A DNA stretch of 64,000 nucleotides from an uncultured Chitinophaga sp. (lineage in GTDB: Bacteria > Bacteroidota > Bacteroidia > Chitinophagales > Chitinophagaceae): positions 545-64,544 of the forward strand of contig NZ_CABHOU010000103.1 in assembly GCF_902168175.1 (NCBI RefSeq), read 5' to 3'. Both the position numbers and the translations under genes were made by a program. The notes under the pieces were generated by a model that had not been told where the DNA came from, searched no databases, and saw only the letters and a program-made list of their open reading frames with translations. Below are positions 27,949 through 37,720 of this stretch, piece after piece. Each line of letters begins with the position of its first letter. The first letter of the stretch is position 1.

Positions 27949-30900
27949 ATGAAAAAAACTTTTCAACAACTGAAGAGTGATACTTTCTATTTGGACTGTA
28001 TACCCCGGCCATTCTTTCTTTTCCTGATGCTGATATTACCATCTGCTTTGCTGGCACAAACTTCGGTTGTAACTGGTAAGGTAAGCAGTTCCGGCGACAG
28101 CGCCCTTATCGGCGTAAACGTGCAGGTGAAAGGTACAACTATTGCGGCGGTTACTGATGCCACCGGTACCTTTACGATCAATGCCGCCCCGGAGGCTACG
28201 CTGGTTTTCAGCTATATAGGTTTTTCGACCCAGGAAGTGAAGATAGGCGGCCGGAACACGGTTAATGTCCGCCTTGAATCATCCAGCCAGCAATTAACAG
28301 ACGTTATTGTGGTAGGATACGGTACCCAGAAGCGGGGGAACGTAACCGGGGCCGTGAGCAGTGTTAAGTCGGCCCAGTTGGTGCAAACACCTTCTACCAC
28401 TACATCAGGTGCCCTGGTGGGGAAAGTGCCGGGTATTACCACGCGCGCTACCGATAACAGGCCGGGCAATGGTATTAATATCCAGATCCGTAATATGGGT
28501 AACCCGCTTTTCGTGATCGATGGTGTGCCTTACAATGCCAATCCACAAACGGATGCCTTCGGCTTTAGCACAGGTACGGGGCAGGACGTGTTTAATAACC
28601 TCGGGCTGGAAGATATCGAAAGCATCACTATCCTGAAAGATGGTGCTGCCGCCGTGTACGGCCTGCGTGCCGCCAATGGCGTAGTGCTGGTAACCACGAA
28701 AAAAGGCAGCAAAAACGAAAAGCCCAACATCAACATCAATGGCTATTACGGCCTCCAGAATTTTACGCGGTACCCTAAACCTGCCAATGCCGCGCAATAT
28801 ACACTGGCAAGGGCGCAAGGTATGCAAAACATCGGCGGCGATCCAAGAACGTTGTACACGCCCGAAGTATTGGCGAAATGGCAGGCGGGAACTGAGAAAT
28901 ACTATAAGAGTTACGATTACTTCGATATGGTGATGCGTAAGAATGTGCCACAGTCGTACATCAGCGCAAGCGCCTCCGGTGGTTCGAAACGTGCGAGTTA
29001 TTACATGTCGGCCAGTAACCTTAACCAGGAAGCAATTATACGCGATTACTCGTACAACCGCACCAACCTGCAGGCGAATATAGAAACGAACCTGGCAAAA
29101 GGATTGAGGATCGGTACACAGATCAGCGCGAGACTGGAAAAAACGCATAACGTAGGGGTGCCGGGGCTCGACGATTACTTTAACCCGTTCCTGAGCGTAT
29201 TTAGCATGTGGCCTACCGAGAGTCCTTATGCAAACGATAACCCCCAGTACATCAACGAAACCCATAGCGTAAACCTGAACCCGGCTACTTATAAGGATGA
29301 TGTAACGGGTTATGTAGACAATCTGTGGCGCGCGATGAACGTAAACCTGAACGCGCAGTACGACTTTGATTTCGGCTTGTCGCTGAAGGGGATTTACTCG
29401 TACAATTACATGAACGAAGACTTCGACGGTTTTGAATATACTTACGATGCGTACCGTTATGACACCGCCACTGATACGTACATCAAAGGCACCGGTAACC
29501 AAAACCCCTGGCGTGAAAGGCATAAGCGTAACGTAGTATCGCGTTTCTCACAACTACAGATCGCGTATACCCGCCAGTTTGGCGACCATAGCGTGTATGC
29601 AGTGGGTGCGTACGAGCAGTCGGATTACGATAACTCTTATTTCGTAGTGCATACGGTGCCTTCCAATAACTACATTCCACTGCAATCATTTGCCGAACAG
29701 GATTACCTGGCGGATGAGTGGGGTATGGAAGCACGTGCCGGATATATCGGCCGTATCGCCTATAACTATAAACAGCGCTACCTGCTGGAAGTGCTGGGCC
29801 GTTACGATGGCTCGTTCCTGTACGCAGATGGCAGCCGTTATGGCTTTTTCCCCGGCATGTCTGCGGGATGGCGTATTTCGGATGAACCGTTCTTTACAAA
29901 GATCAAAGGCAGGGTGCTGAACGATCTTAAACTGAGGTTTTCGTATGGCGAAACCGGTAGTGAAATAGGAGTGAGCGCGTTCGATGCCATTCCCGGTTAT
30001 ACTTATAACAACACGGTGTTTAACGCGGTACTTGATAATAAATATACCATCAATGTAAGGCCAAGAGGTATTCCTATTACGAACCTCAGCTGGGTAACGA
30101 ACCGCTCTACCAATATTGGTGTTGACTTCAGCCTGTTCGATAATAAGTTAACCGGTAGTGCAGATATCTTTCAGCGCAAACGCACAGGTTTACCTGCCGG
30201 CCGCTACGATGTGAGGCTGCCGAACGAAGTAGGCTACGTGTTACCCAACGAAAACCTGAACTCCGATGTAACACGCGGTATTGAAGGCCAGCTTACTTAT
30301 GCCGGCCGTGTAGGGGATGTAAATATCGGTGTTGGTGCTAACGCCACTTTCGCCAGGTTGAAAATACTGAATACCTACAACCCGCTGTTCGAGAACTCCT
30401 GGCAGCAGTACCGTGCTTCTGTGGAAGGCCGTTGGTCTAATATCTACTGGGGCTACCATGTAACCGGGCAGTTCAAGTCAGAAGAAGAGATCCGCAACTA
30501 CGATATCAACAATGATCAGCAGGGCAACAGGACACAGTTGCCGGGCGACTTTAAATACCAGGACGTGAACGGCGACAAGATCATCAACTTCATGGACGAA
30601 CGCCCGATTGGTTATGCCCTGGGCGCGCAGCCGTACGTGAGCTTTGGTTTCACGGCTAATGCCGCCTGGAAAGGCATTACGCTTCGTGCCGACTTTGCGG
30701 GAGGTGCGTTGCAATCTTTCAACCGTAACTGGGAAATTCGGTATCCTTTCCAGAACAATGGCAACTCACCCGACTACATGCTTACCGATGTGTGGCACCG
30801 CGCCGATCCTTATGACAATACCAGTGAATGGATTCCCGGTAAATACCCCGCCATCCGCCTGAACAACGCTACCAATAACTGGCTGCCCAATGATTTTTGG

Positions 30901-31134
30901 GTGATGAACGTGAAGTACGTCAGGCTCCGCAACCTCGAACTGGGTTACAGCTTCCCGAAAAAGTGGCTGGAACGTATAGGCGTGGAAGCTTTCAGGATGT
31001 ATGCGAACGGCACCAACCTGTTTTCTATCGATAACGTGAAAGACTACGGCATTGACCCGGAAATTGCTTCGGAAAACGCGCTTGTATATCCGCAGCAAAG
31101 GCTGTTCAACTTTGGTTTTAATTTATCGCTCTAA
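27949..31134 (+). CDS. SusC-family TonB-dependent transporter (no STN domain)
   Basis: GVNVQVKGT, VIVVGYGTQKR, DIESITILKDGAAAVYGLRAANGVVLVTTK. The ATG at 27949 is preferred over the TTG at 27862. Confidence 0.95.
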   Translation: MKKTFQQLKSDTFYLDCIPRPFFLFLMLILPSALLAQTSVVTGKVSSSGDSALIGVNVQVKGTTIAAVTDATGTFTINAAPEATLVFSYIGFSTQEVKIGGRNTVNVRLESSSQQLTDVIVVGYGTQKRGNVTGAVSSVKSAQLVQTPSTTTSGALVGKVPGITTRATDNRPGNGINIQIRNMGNPLFVIDGVPYNANPQTDAFGFSTGTGQDVFNNLGLEDIESITILKDGAAAVYGLRAANGVVLVTTKKGSKNEKPNININGYYGLQNFTRYPKPANAAQYTLARAQGMQNIGGDPRTLYTPEVLAKWQAGTEKYYKSYDYFDMVMRKNVPQSYISASASGGSKRASYYMSASNLNQEAIIRDYSYNRTNLQANIETNLAKGLRIGTQISARLEKTHNVGVPGLDDYFNPFLSVFSMWPTESPYANDNPQYINETHSVNLNPATYKDDVTGYVDNLWRAMNVNLNAQYDFDFGLSLKGIYSYNYMNEDFDGFEYTYDAYRYDTATDTYIKGTGNQNPWRERHKRNVVSRFSQLQIAYTRQFGDHSVYAVGAYEQSDYDNSYFVVHTVPSNNYIPLQSFAEQDYLADEWGMEARAGYIGRIAYNYKQRYLLEVLGRYDGSFLYADGSRYGFFPGMSAGWRISDEPFFTKIKGRVLNDLKLRFSYGETGSEIGVSAFDAIPGYTYNNTVFNAVLDNKYTINVRPRGIPITNLSWVTNRSTNIGVDFSLFDNKLTGSADIFQRKRTGLPAGRYDVRLPNEVGYVLPNENLNSDVTRGIEGQLTYAGRVGDVNIGVGANATFARLKILNTYNPLFENSWQQYRASVEGRWSNIYWGYHVTGQFKSEEEIRNYDINNDQQGNRTQLPGDFKYQDVNGDKIINFMDERPIGYALGAQPYVSFGFTANAAWKGITLRADFAGGALQSFNRNWEIRYPFQNNGNSPDYMLTDVWHRADPYDNTSEWIPGKYPAIRLNNATNNWLPNDFWVMNVKYVRLRNLELGYSFPKKWLERIGVEAFRMYANGTNLFSIDNVKDYGIDPEIASENALVYPQQRLFNFGFNLSL

Positions 31135-31146
31135 TTCGTACATGTT

Positions 31147-33033
31147 ATGAAAATGCTGAAAAAAACGATCCCACTCTTCCTTTGTATTACCGCGCTGGTA
31201 GCCTGCCAGAAAGACTGGCTGGACAGGAAGCCCAGGAATATACTCACCGACGACCAGGTGCTGAATGATCCCAGTCAGATCGTGGGCGTACTCGCTAACT
31301 TTTACAGTCGTTTACCCTCCGATCAGGGTCTGGACGACATTGCCGACGGCGGCGACCGTATTTCGCAATGGCGTAATATGGCTAATTATGACGATGCCAT
31401 GTGGAGCGGGCAGAGTAACGAAGACTGGCGTAATAATATTTTCGGTTACGACTTCTTCGGCAGCTGGTACCTCTGGAACTACGGCCTTATCCGCGACATC
31501 AACCTGATGATCGATAATATCACTACTAAAAGCACCCAGCTTACTGCCGGGCAGAAGACACAGTTCCTGGCCGAGCTGCGATTTATCCGTGCTTTCAACT
31601 ATTTCCAACTGGTGAAAAGAATGGGCGGTGTGCCGCTTGTAACTACACAGTTGCTTTATGACTACAGCGGTGATGCCAGCAAACTGCAACAACCGCGGGC
31701 AAAAGAGGCCGAAGTATACGACTTCATTGCCAGCGAAGTAGATGCTATTAAAGAAGATTTAGGAAACGGCGGCAGCATTACCCGGGCAACTAAGTTCACC
31801 GCATTGGCTTTAAAGAGCAGGGCCATGTTGTATGCAGCCTCTATCGCTAAATACAATGCTTTGAACACACCCCAGATTACCACACCGGGTGGCGAAGTAG
31901 GAATACCCGCAACACGGGCGAATGAGTATTACGATAAAGCACTGATCGCCTCGCAGGAAATCATTACTACCAGTCCTTTCCGCCTGTACCGTAATAATAC
32001 CGGCAATTTGGGCGAGAACTTTTATGAAGCCGTAAACAAGAAAGCGACCAATGGTGAAGTGATTTTCGTAAAGGATTATCTTGCCGCTAAAGATAAACGT
32101 CACTTCTTTGCATACGATAACATCGTGCGCAGTATTCGTGAAGACAACCTCGGGTCATCGTCCGTAACGCCTTCATTAAACCTGGTTGAAAGTTTCGATT
32201 ACCTCGACGGCAGTAATGGCGCTGTAAAAACACGCACTGCCGATAACAGCGATTATATTTATTACGATAAGATAGAAGACATCTTTGCCAACAAGGACGC
32301 CCGCCTGTACGGCACTGTCGTATACGGCGGCGCGCCTTTTAAAGGTACAGTGATCGATATGCAGGCCGGTGTAATGGTGTGGAACGGTACTGCTTATCAA
32401 ACCACAGAAGGCAACGACCTGGCTACTAAGTACACAGATGGTGGTACCCTGGTAGCCGCGGCCGGCCCTCACCGCGCCATCCAGGAGGTAAGTAACACTG
32501 GCTTTTATCTCCGGAAGTTCGTGGATGCCACACCGCAATCGAGTACCCGTGGTGTAAGAAGCGATAACTGGTGGGTATGGTTCCGCCTGGGTGAAATATA
32601 CCTGAACGCTTCCGAAGCTGCGTTTGAATTAGGCCGTACGGGTGAAGCGCTGGGTTACATTAACGAACTGCGTGTGAGGGCGGGGTTTCCTCCAAACAGT
32701 CTTACCACACTGTCCATCGCTAAAATACAAAGTGAGAGAAGGGTAGAGCTGGCCTTTGAAGATCATCGCCTCTGGGACCTGAAACGCTGGCGTATTGCCG
32801 ACCAGGTATGGAATGGTGTAAACGACAATCCCAATGCAAGGGTGTATGCGCTTTATCCGTACCGGGTAATACGGCCAGGCGATGCAGCGCGTAACAACAA
32901 GTTTGTTTTTGTGAAGATGGTGGCCCCGCGCTTCGGTGCCCCGCGCAACTTCCAGTTACAGAACTATTACACGTTCATCTCCCAGGATGTAATGAACAAT
33001 AACCCGAAAATTGTTAAAAATCCTTTACAATAG
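31147..33033 (+). CDS. SusD-family lipoprotein
   Basis: Lipobox LVAC, AELRFIRAFNYFQLVKRMGGVP, ATKFTALALKSRAMLY, RLGEIYLNASEA, ERRVELAFEDHRLWDLKRW. Confidence 0.95.
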   Translation: MKMLKKTIPLFLCITALVACQKDWLDRKPRNILTDDQVLNDPSQIVGVLANFYSRLPSDQGLDDIADGGDRISQWRNMANYDDAMWSGQSNEDWRNNIFGYDFFGSWYLWNYGLIRDINLMIDNITTKSTQLTAGQKTQFLAELRFIRAFNYFQLVKRMGGVPLVTTQLLYDYSGDASKLQQPRAKEAEVYDFIASEVDAIKEDLGNGGSITRATKFTALALKSRAMLYAASIAKYNALNTPQITTPGGEVGIPATRANEYYDKALIASQEIITTSPFRLYRNNTGNLGENFYEAVNKKATNGEVIFVKDYLAAKDKRHFFAYDNIVRSIREDNLGSSSVTPSLNLVESFDYLDGSNGAVKTRTADNSDYIYYDKIEDIFANKDARLYGTVVYGGAPFKGTVIDMQAGVMVWNGTAYQTTEGNDLATKYTDGGTLVAAAGPHRAIQEVSNTGFYLRKFVDATPQSSTRGVRSDNWWVWFRLGEIYLNASEAAFELGRTGEALGYINELRVRAGFPPNSLTTLSIAKIQSERRVELAFEDHRLWDLKRWRIADQVWNGVNDNPNARVYALYPYRVIRPGDAARNNKFVFVKMVAPRFGAPRNFQLQNYYTFISQDVMNNNPKIVKNPLQ

Positions 33034-33038
33034 ATCAT

Positions 33039-33719
33039 ATGCGTACAAGAATACTGTCATCACTCGCCTTTATACTGCTGTTAGCGGGCGCGGGATGTAA
33101 AAAGGATAATTATGATGCGCCTTCCACGGAACTGAAAGGCCGTATTATTTACAATGGTAAACAATTGGGCCTCCGCTCTAATGGTGTGCAGCTGGAGTTA
33201 TGGCAGCCTGGTTTTGCACTGTCGTCTAAAATCCCTGTGTTTGTAGCCCAGGATGGCAGTTTTTCAGTAAAACTGTTTAATGGTAACTATAAGCTGGTGG
33301 GCGTGCGTGGTAACGGGCCCTGGGTCGACTTCCAGGACTCTATCCCCGTAACTGTTTCGGGTAATGGGCAGGTCGATGTGCAGGTAGACCCGTATTTTGT
33401 GTTCCAGGACGCTACCTTCCAGCATACGGCCACCACAGTAACGGCAACTTTTACAATAATGCGGATAAATCCCACCCAACCACTGGAGTCGGTCACTCTT
33501 TACGTGGGCAATAGTAAGATTGTAGATGTGTTTAACAGGAATGTAGCGGTCACCAAAGTGGCTGCCGATATCACCAACATCCTTCAACCGCAAACCTTAA
33601 CGCTCACGTTGCCCGCAGACCTTGCAAACAAAAGTTTTGTATATGCGCGGGTAGGAATTAAGGCGGTGGGGGTTGGCGAACAGGTGTATACGCCTGCCGA
33701 ACTGATACAGCTGAAATAG
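33039..33719 (+). CDS. DUF3823-like PUL lipoprotein
   Basis: Lipobox AGC, DNYDAP, LELWQPG, QDGSFS..LFNGNYK, PYF, YARVG; located after susD. Confidence 0.75.
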   Translation: MRTRILSSLAFILLLAGAGCKKDNYDAPSTELKGRIIYNGKQLGLRSNGVQLELWQPGFALSSKIPVFVAQDGSFSVKLFNGNYKLVGVRGNGPWVDFQDSIPVTVSGNGQVDVQVDPYFVFQDATFQHTATTVTATFTIMRINPTQPLESVTLYVGNSKIVDVFNRNVAVTKVAADITNILQPQTLTLTLPADLANKSFVYARVGIKAVGVGEQVYTPAELIQLK

Positions 33720-33749
33720 ACCCGTACTGAATAACCTTATATTTGAGAT

Positions 33750-35741
33750 ATGAACAAAAAGCGCATGATTGCGGGCGCCCTGCTCGCGGTTGCCGCATAT
33801 TGTCCCGCTAAAGTGCGGGCACAGTCCGGCAGCCCTGTAATGACGGTACAGGCTGGAAAGGTAGTTTCGACTGTAGAACCCACCATGTGGGGCGTCTTTT
33901 TCGAAGACATTAATATGGGGGCCGATGGTGGTCTTTATGCCGAAATGGTAAAGAACCGCTCTTTCGAATTTTACCAGCCACTGATGGGTTGGGAAGTGCG
34001 GCAGTCGCCCGTTAAAGAAGGTGCAGTGCTGGTGCAGAACAGGCAGGAAAAAAGTGCCGCGAATCCCCGTTTTATCCGCATAACCCGCGAAGCTAATACC
34101 CAGACTTTAGGAATGGTGAATGAGGGCTTCAGGGGCATGGGCATTAAGAAGGGCTTGCGCTACGATTTTTCGGTGATGTACCGCCAACATAAACCTGGCC
34201 TCAAACTGCGGCTGGAACTGGTGAGTGCTGCGGGGAAAATCATTGGCAACAGCGCACTTGATTTAAAAGAAACCGGCGACGGCTGGCATAAAGCGAATGT
34301 AAGTTTTAACGCCACCGATAGTACCATGCGTGGCAAACTGGCGGTTTGGTTCGATGGTGCCGGTTCTGTAGATCTCGATATGATCTCCCTTTTTCCTTCA
34401 GATACCTGGAAGGGCCGGCCCGGCGGTATGCGTGCCGATATGGTGCAGCTACTGGCCGATATGAAACCCGGTTTTATCCGGTTCCCGGGCGGATGTATTG
34501 TGGAGGGCCACGACCTTTCTGTACGTTACCAATGGAAAAAAACCATTGGCCCGATAGAAGACCGTCACCTGATCGTTAACCGCTGGAATACCGAGTTTGC
34601 ACATCGTCCAACCCCCGATTATTACCAGACGTTCGGGCTTGGCTTCTTTGAATACTTCCAGATGGCGGAAGATATTGGTGCAGCACCACTACCTATCCTT
34701 AACTGTGGTATGGCCTGCCAGTTTAACACCGCGGAGGTAGTGCCGCTCGATCAGTTAGATCCTTATATACAGGACGCCCTCGACCTTATAGAGTTTGCCA
34801 ACGGCGACGTGGCTACGAAGTGGGGCGGCATCCGTGCTTCTATGGGTCACCCTGCTCCGTTTAATTTGACGATGATGGGCGTGGGTAATGAAAACTGGGG
34901 TCCCCAGTACATCGAACGTTTAAAACTGTTCCGGGATGCAATAAAGGCAAAGTACCCGGATTTTAAGATCATCGCAAGCGCAGGCACTAATCCTAACGGC
35001 GAACGCTTCGATTATCTCGATAAAGAACTGCGCGCTATGAAAGCTGACATTATTGACGAACATTATTACAGTCCGCCTTCCTGGTTCCTGGACAATGCCG
35101 GCCGTTATGATAATTACGACCGCAACGCTTCCAAGATTTTCGCGGGTGAGTATGCCGCCCAAAGCGATAGAGTAGTAAGTATCCATAACCGCAACATCTT
35201 AAAAACAGCGATCGCCGAAGCCGCGTTTATGACCGGGCTGGAACGTAATGCGGGCGTAGTGGTAATGGCCTCTTACGCACCGTTGTTCGCCCACACCGAC
35301 GGCTGGCAGTGGACGCCCGACCTTATCTGGGTAAACAACCTGCAGTCGTACGGCACGCCCGACTATTACGTGCAAAAGATGTTCTCTACCAATAAAGGCA
35401 CGCACGTGGTGCCCATTTTGCGGAACGGTAATACCATTAAAGGGCAGGACAGCCTGTACGCCTCTGCTGTTATCGACAAACCGGCGAAAACATTGTTGCT
35501 CAAAGTGGTGAACGCCTCTTCTGTAGCGGTAAAACAAAAGATCGCGCTGGAAGGTGTGAGCGTAGCTGTCAGCAATGCCGAGGTAGCTACACTTAAAAGC
35601 CCGTCCCTGCAGGACATGAACAGTTTCAACGCCCCGCAGCTGGTAGCGCCTGTAACATCGGCTGTTAAGCTAAAAGGCAAACAGCTGGATGTAGAACTGC
35701 CACCAAACTCGTTCTCCGTATATCGGGTAACTATTAAATAA
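33750..35741 (+). CDS. Alpha-L-arabinofuranosidase, GH51
   Basis: FFEDINMGADGGLYAEMVKNRSFE, FIRFPGGC, GVGNENWG (acid/base), DEHYY, FAGEYAA (nucleophile), MASYAPL, WTPDLIW. Confidence 0.93.
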   Translation: MNKKRMIAGALLAVAAYCPAKVRAQSGSPVMTVQAGKVVSTVEPTMWGVFFEDINMGADGGLYAEMVKNRSFEFYQPLMGWEVRQSPVKEGAVLVQNRQEKSAANPRFIRITREANTQTLGMVNEGFRGMGIKKGLRYDFSVMYRQHKPGLKLRLELVSAAGKIIGNSALDLKETGDGWHKANVSFNATDSTMRGKLAVWFDGAGSVDLDMISLFPSDTWKGRPGGMRADMVQLLADMKPGFIRFPGGCIVEGHDLSVRYQWKKTIGPIEDRHLIVNRWNTEFAHRPTPDYYQTFGLGFFEYFQMAEDIGAAPLPILNCGMACQFNTAEVVPLDQLDPYIQDALDLIEFANGDVATKWGGIRASMGHPAPFNLTMMGVGNENWGPQYIERLKLFRDAIKAKYPDFKIIASAGTNPNGERFDYLDKELRAMKADIIDEHYYSPPSWFLDNAGRYDNYDRNASKIFAGEYAAQSDRVVSIHNRNILKTAIAEAAFMTGLERNAGVVVMASYAPLFAHTDGWQWTPDLIWVNNLQSYGTPDYYVQKMFSTNKGTHVVPILRNGNTIKGQDSLYASAVIDKPAKTLLLKVVNASSVAVKQKIALEGVSVAVSNAEVATLKSPSLQDMNSFNAPQLVAPVTSAVKLKGKQLDVELPPNSFSVYRVTIK

Positions 35742-35765
35742 AATAAAGTAAGGAAAGAAAAGACG

Positions 35766-35793
35766 GGCGTCCCAGTTTTGGGACGCCTTTTTT
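35766..35793 (+). terminator. Intrinsic terminator after GH51
   Basis: GGCGTCCCA (35766-35774) and TGGGACGCC (35779-35787) followed by TTTTTT. Confidence 0.85.
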
Positions 35794-35798
35794 CGGCC

Positions 35799-35893
35799 AT
35801 CCTATATCGATCCTTTATCGATCCTATATCCGTTTTCGCTGAAACCCGCGCTGGTGGTGATGGGCATTATAGGATCGATATAGGATCGATATA
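35799..35893. repeat. Inverted repeat built from tandem 11-bp units (ATCCTATATCG)
   Basis: 35803-35828 and 35868-35893 are reverse complements at 25 of 26 positions, with a 39-nt spacer; each arm is 2-3 tandem copies of the 11-mer. Confidence 0.85.
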
Positions 35894-36178
35894 CCTTCGC
35901 CATGCTGATCCTATTGCTGTTGGTTCGAGTGGCTTGATAAGCAGCATCTTTTGTATGGTGATTAAGTGAATTATGGTGGAGATGCCTTCTGGTGGAGGGT
36001 TACAGGCGATCAGGAGGGCATTCGTCCCAACTTTCGCTAAGCTTCGTCCCAAGGTTTATGAAGCTTCAAATCATTTCGCCTTCATTCGCCTGTTGGCGGG
36101 TGTAACTTCGTTTCGTTAACGGCAAAAGGTCGTTTTCGAAGTTCTTTGACATATTGGTTTTTAAATAAAGAGGGGGCT

Positions 36179-36217
36179 AAAAAAGCAATCGGGTGCCCCA
36201 TATTGATGGAACACCCG
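36179..36217 (-). terminator. Intrinsic terminator after the CNNM/HlyC gene
   Basis: Minus strand CGGGTGTTCCAT-CAAT-ATGGGGCACCCG forms a 12-bp stem (two G-U pairs), followed by ATTGCTTTTT. Confidence 0.65.
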
Positions 36218-36238
36218 CTCACTATATTTAAAAGAAGG

Positions 36239-37552
36239 TTACGGACGGATTTTGCCGGTCACTAGTATCTTGGCAATACGTAACTGGTCCATGGCAGTTA
36301 CTTTTAACTGCAGGTTGCCCAGTTTTACGGTGTCGCCGATGTCGGGTATTTTACCCAGCTTTTCGAGGATAAAGCCACCGAGGGTAACATAACCACCGGT
36401 TAATTTGGCTTTAGCCGGATCGATAGTGACATGCAGCAGTTCCAGGAATTCGATGAAGGGCATTTGTGCATCTACGAGCATGCTGCCATCTTCGTATTTC
36501 ACCACTTCGTATTCAAACTCGTTGGTTTCCGATGAAATATTGCCTACCAGCGCGTCCACGATGTCGTTAATGGTCACCAGACCTTTAATGCTGCCAAATT
36601 CGTCTACTACCATCGCCTGGTAAACCTTCTCCTTCTGGAAAAGTTCGAGTATCTGGTAAGTGCGGTTATACTGCGTAACCACCAGCATTTTTTTGCTGAT
36701 CGCTTTCAGGTCCTTGAACTTCTCCGCAAGGTTTTCGCTGATCAGATCTTTGGAATATACGAATGCGAAAGAGGCGTCGATATCATCGGTGGCCAGTGGA
36801 TAGATCGTATGTTTGCGCGTAAGTACTTTTTGCATATTCACATCAGGCGCATCGTTCACATCCAGCCAAACGATCTCGTTCCTCGGTGTCATCAGCGACT
36901 GTACATGGCGGTCGGCCAGGTTAAATACGTTTTGGATGAGTGATTTTTCCGTTTCTTCAATTACACCGCCCTGGTGACTTTCAGAGATGATGACCCGCAG
37001 TTCTTCTTCCGAATGTATATCCCCATGCTCGCCGGCGGGTTTTATACCGATGGCTTTCAGGATGAAGTTGGCAAAGCTGTTTAATATCCAGATGAAGGGG
37101 CGGAACACGATGAAGAAAATTTTCAGGGGTAACGCCACTGCAAAGGTGGTAGCCACCGGTTTGCGAATGGCCAGCGATTTGGGCGCAAGTTCTCCGAAAA
37201 CGATGTGTAATATGGTGATCACGATGAATGCCACCGGCAAAGCAGCTTTATGGGCAACTTCCGGCGTCAGGTTCATGTTGAGGAAGTTGAACAGGTCCAT
37301 AATAAGTACCGTCATTACATCTTCACCCACCCAGCCTAAGCCCAGCGAAGCCAGCGTAATACCCAGTTGCGTAGCGGCCAGGTAACCGTCCAGGTTGTTT
37401 ACAATACTTTTGGCAATGCCGGTAACCGCATTGCTTCGACCAGTGTTTACCTCAATTTGAGAAGTACGCACCTTTACGATCGCGAACTCCGCCGCTACAA
37501 AAAATCCATTCAGTATTACAAGGAAAAGTGTTAGAAGTATGTCCCAGGTCAT
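36239..37552 (-). CDS. Hemolysin-family/CorC-like protein (CNNM-DUF21 TM domain, CBS pair, CorC_HlyC domain)
   Basis: LNGFFVAAEFAIVKVR, YLAATQLGITLASLGLGW, GELAPKSLA, MTPRNEI, VVDEFGSIKGLVTINDI, TLGGFILEKLGKIP. Confidence 0.93.
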   Translation of the reverse strand: MTWDILLTLFLVILNGFFVAAEFAIVKVRTSQIEVNTGRSNAVTGIAKSIVNNLDGYLAATQLGITLASLGLGWVGEDVMTVLIMDLFNFLNMNLTPEVAHKAALPVAFIVITILHIVFGELAPKSLAIRKPVATTFAVALPLKIFFIVFRPFIWILNSFANFILKAIGIKPAGEHGDIHSEEELRVIISESHQGGVIEETEKSLIQNVFNLADRHVQSLMTPRNEIVWLDVNDAPDVNMQKVLTRKHTIYPLATDDIDASFAFVYSKDLISENLAEKFKDLKAISKKMLVVTQYNRTYQILELFQKEKVYQAMVVDEFGSIKGLVTINDIVDALVGNISSETNEFEYEVVKYEDGSMLVDAQMPFIEFLELLHVTIDPAKAKLTGGYVTLGGFILEKLGKIPDIGDTVKLGNLQLKVTAMDQLRIAKILVTGKIRP

Positions 37553-37577
37553 TTTAAATTAGTTCGTTAGAAGACAG

Positions 37578-37585
37578 CAAAAATA
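37578..37585 (-). promoter_or_regulatory. -7 promoter element (TATTTTTG) for the hlyC/corC-like gene
   Basis: Exact TAnnTTTG on the minus strand, 25 bp upstream of the ATG at 37552. Confidence 0.5.
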
Positions 37586-37720
37586 ATAATATATTCCGAT
37601 ACGCCGGTTTTATGTTAAGCCTGTATACAACTACAAAGCAAATGCCATCGCTTACAGCTGCGTATGGTAAGGAATTACGCCGTTTTTTTCTAAATTGGCA
37701 TCTACAACCAACCGATATAC

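Noticed and set aside
28405-29523. 372-aa minus-strand ORF
   Set aside because: Antisense shadow of susC with no recognisable domain.
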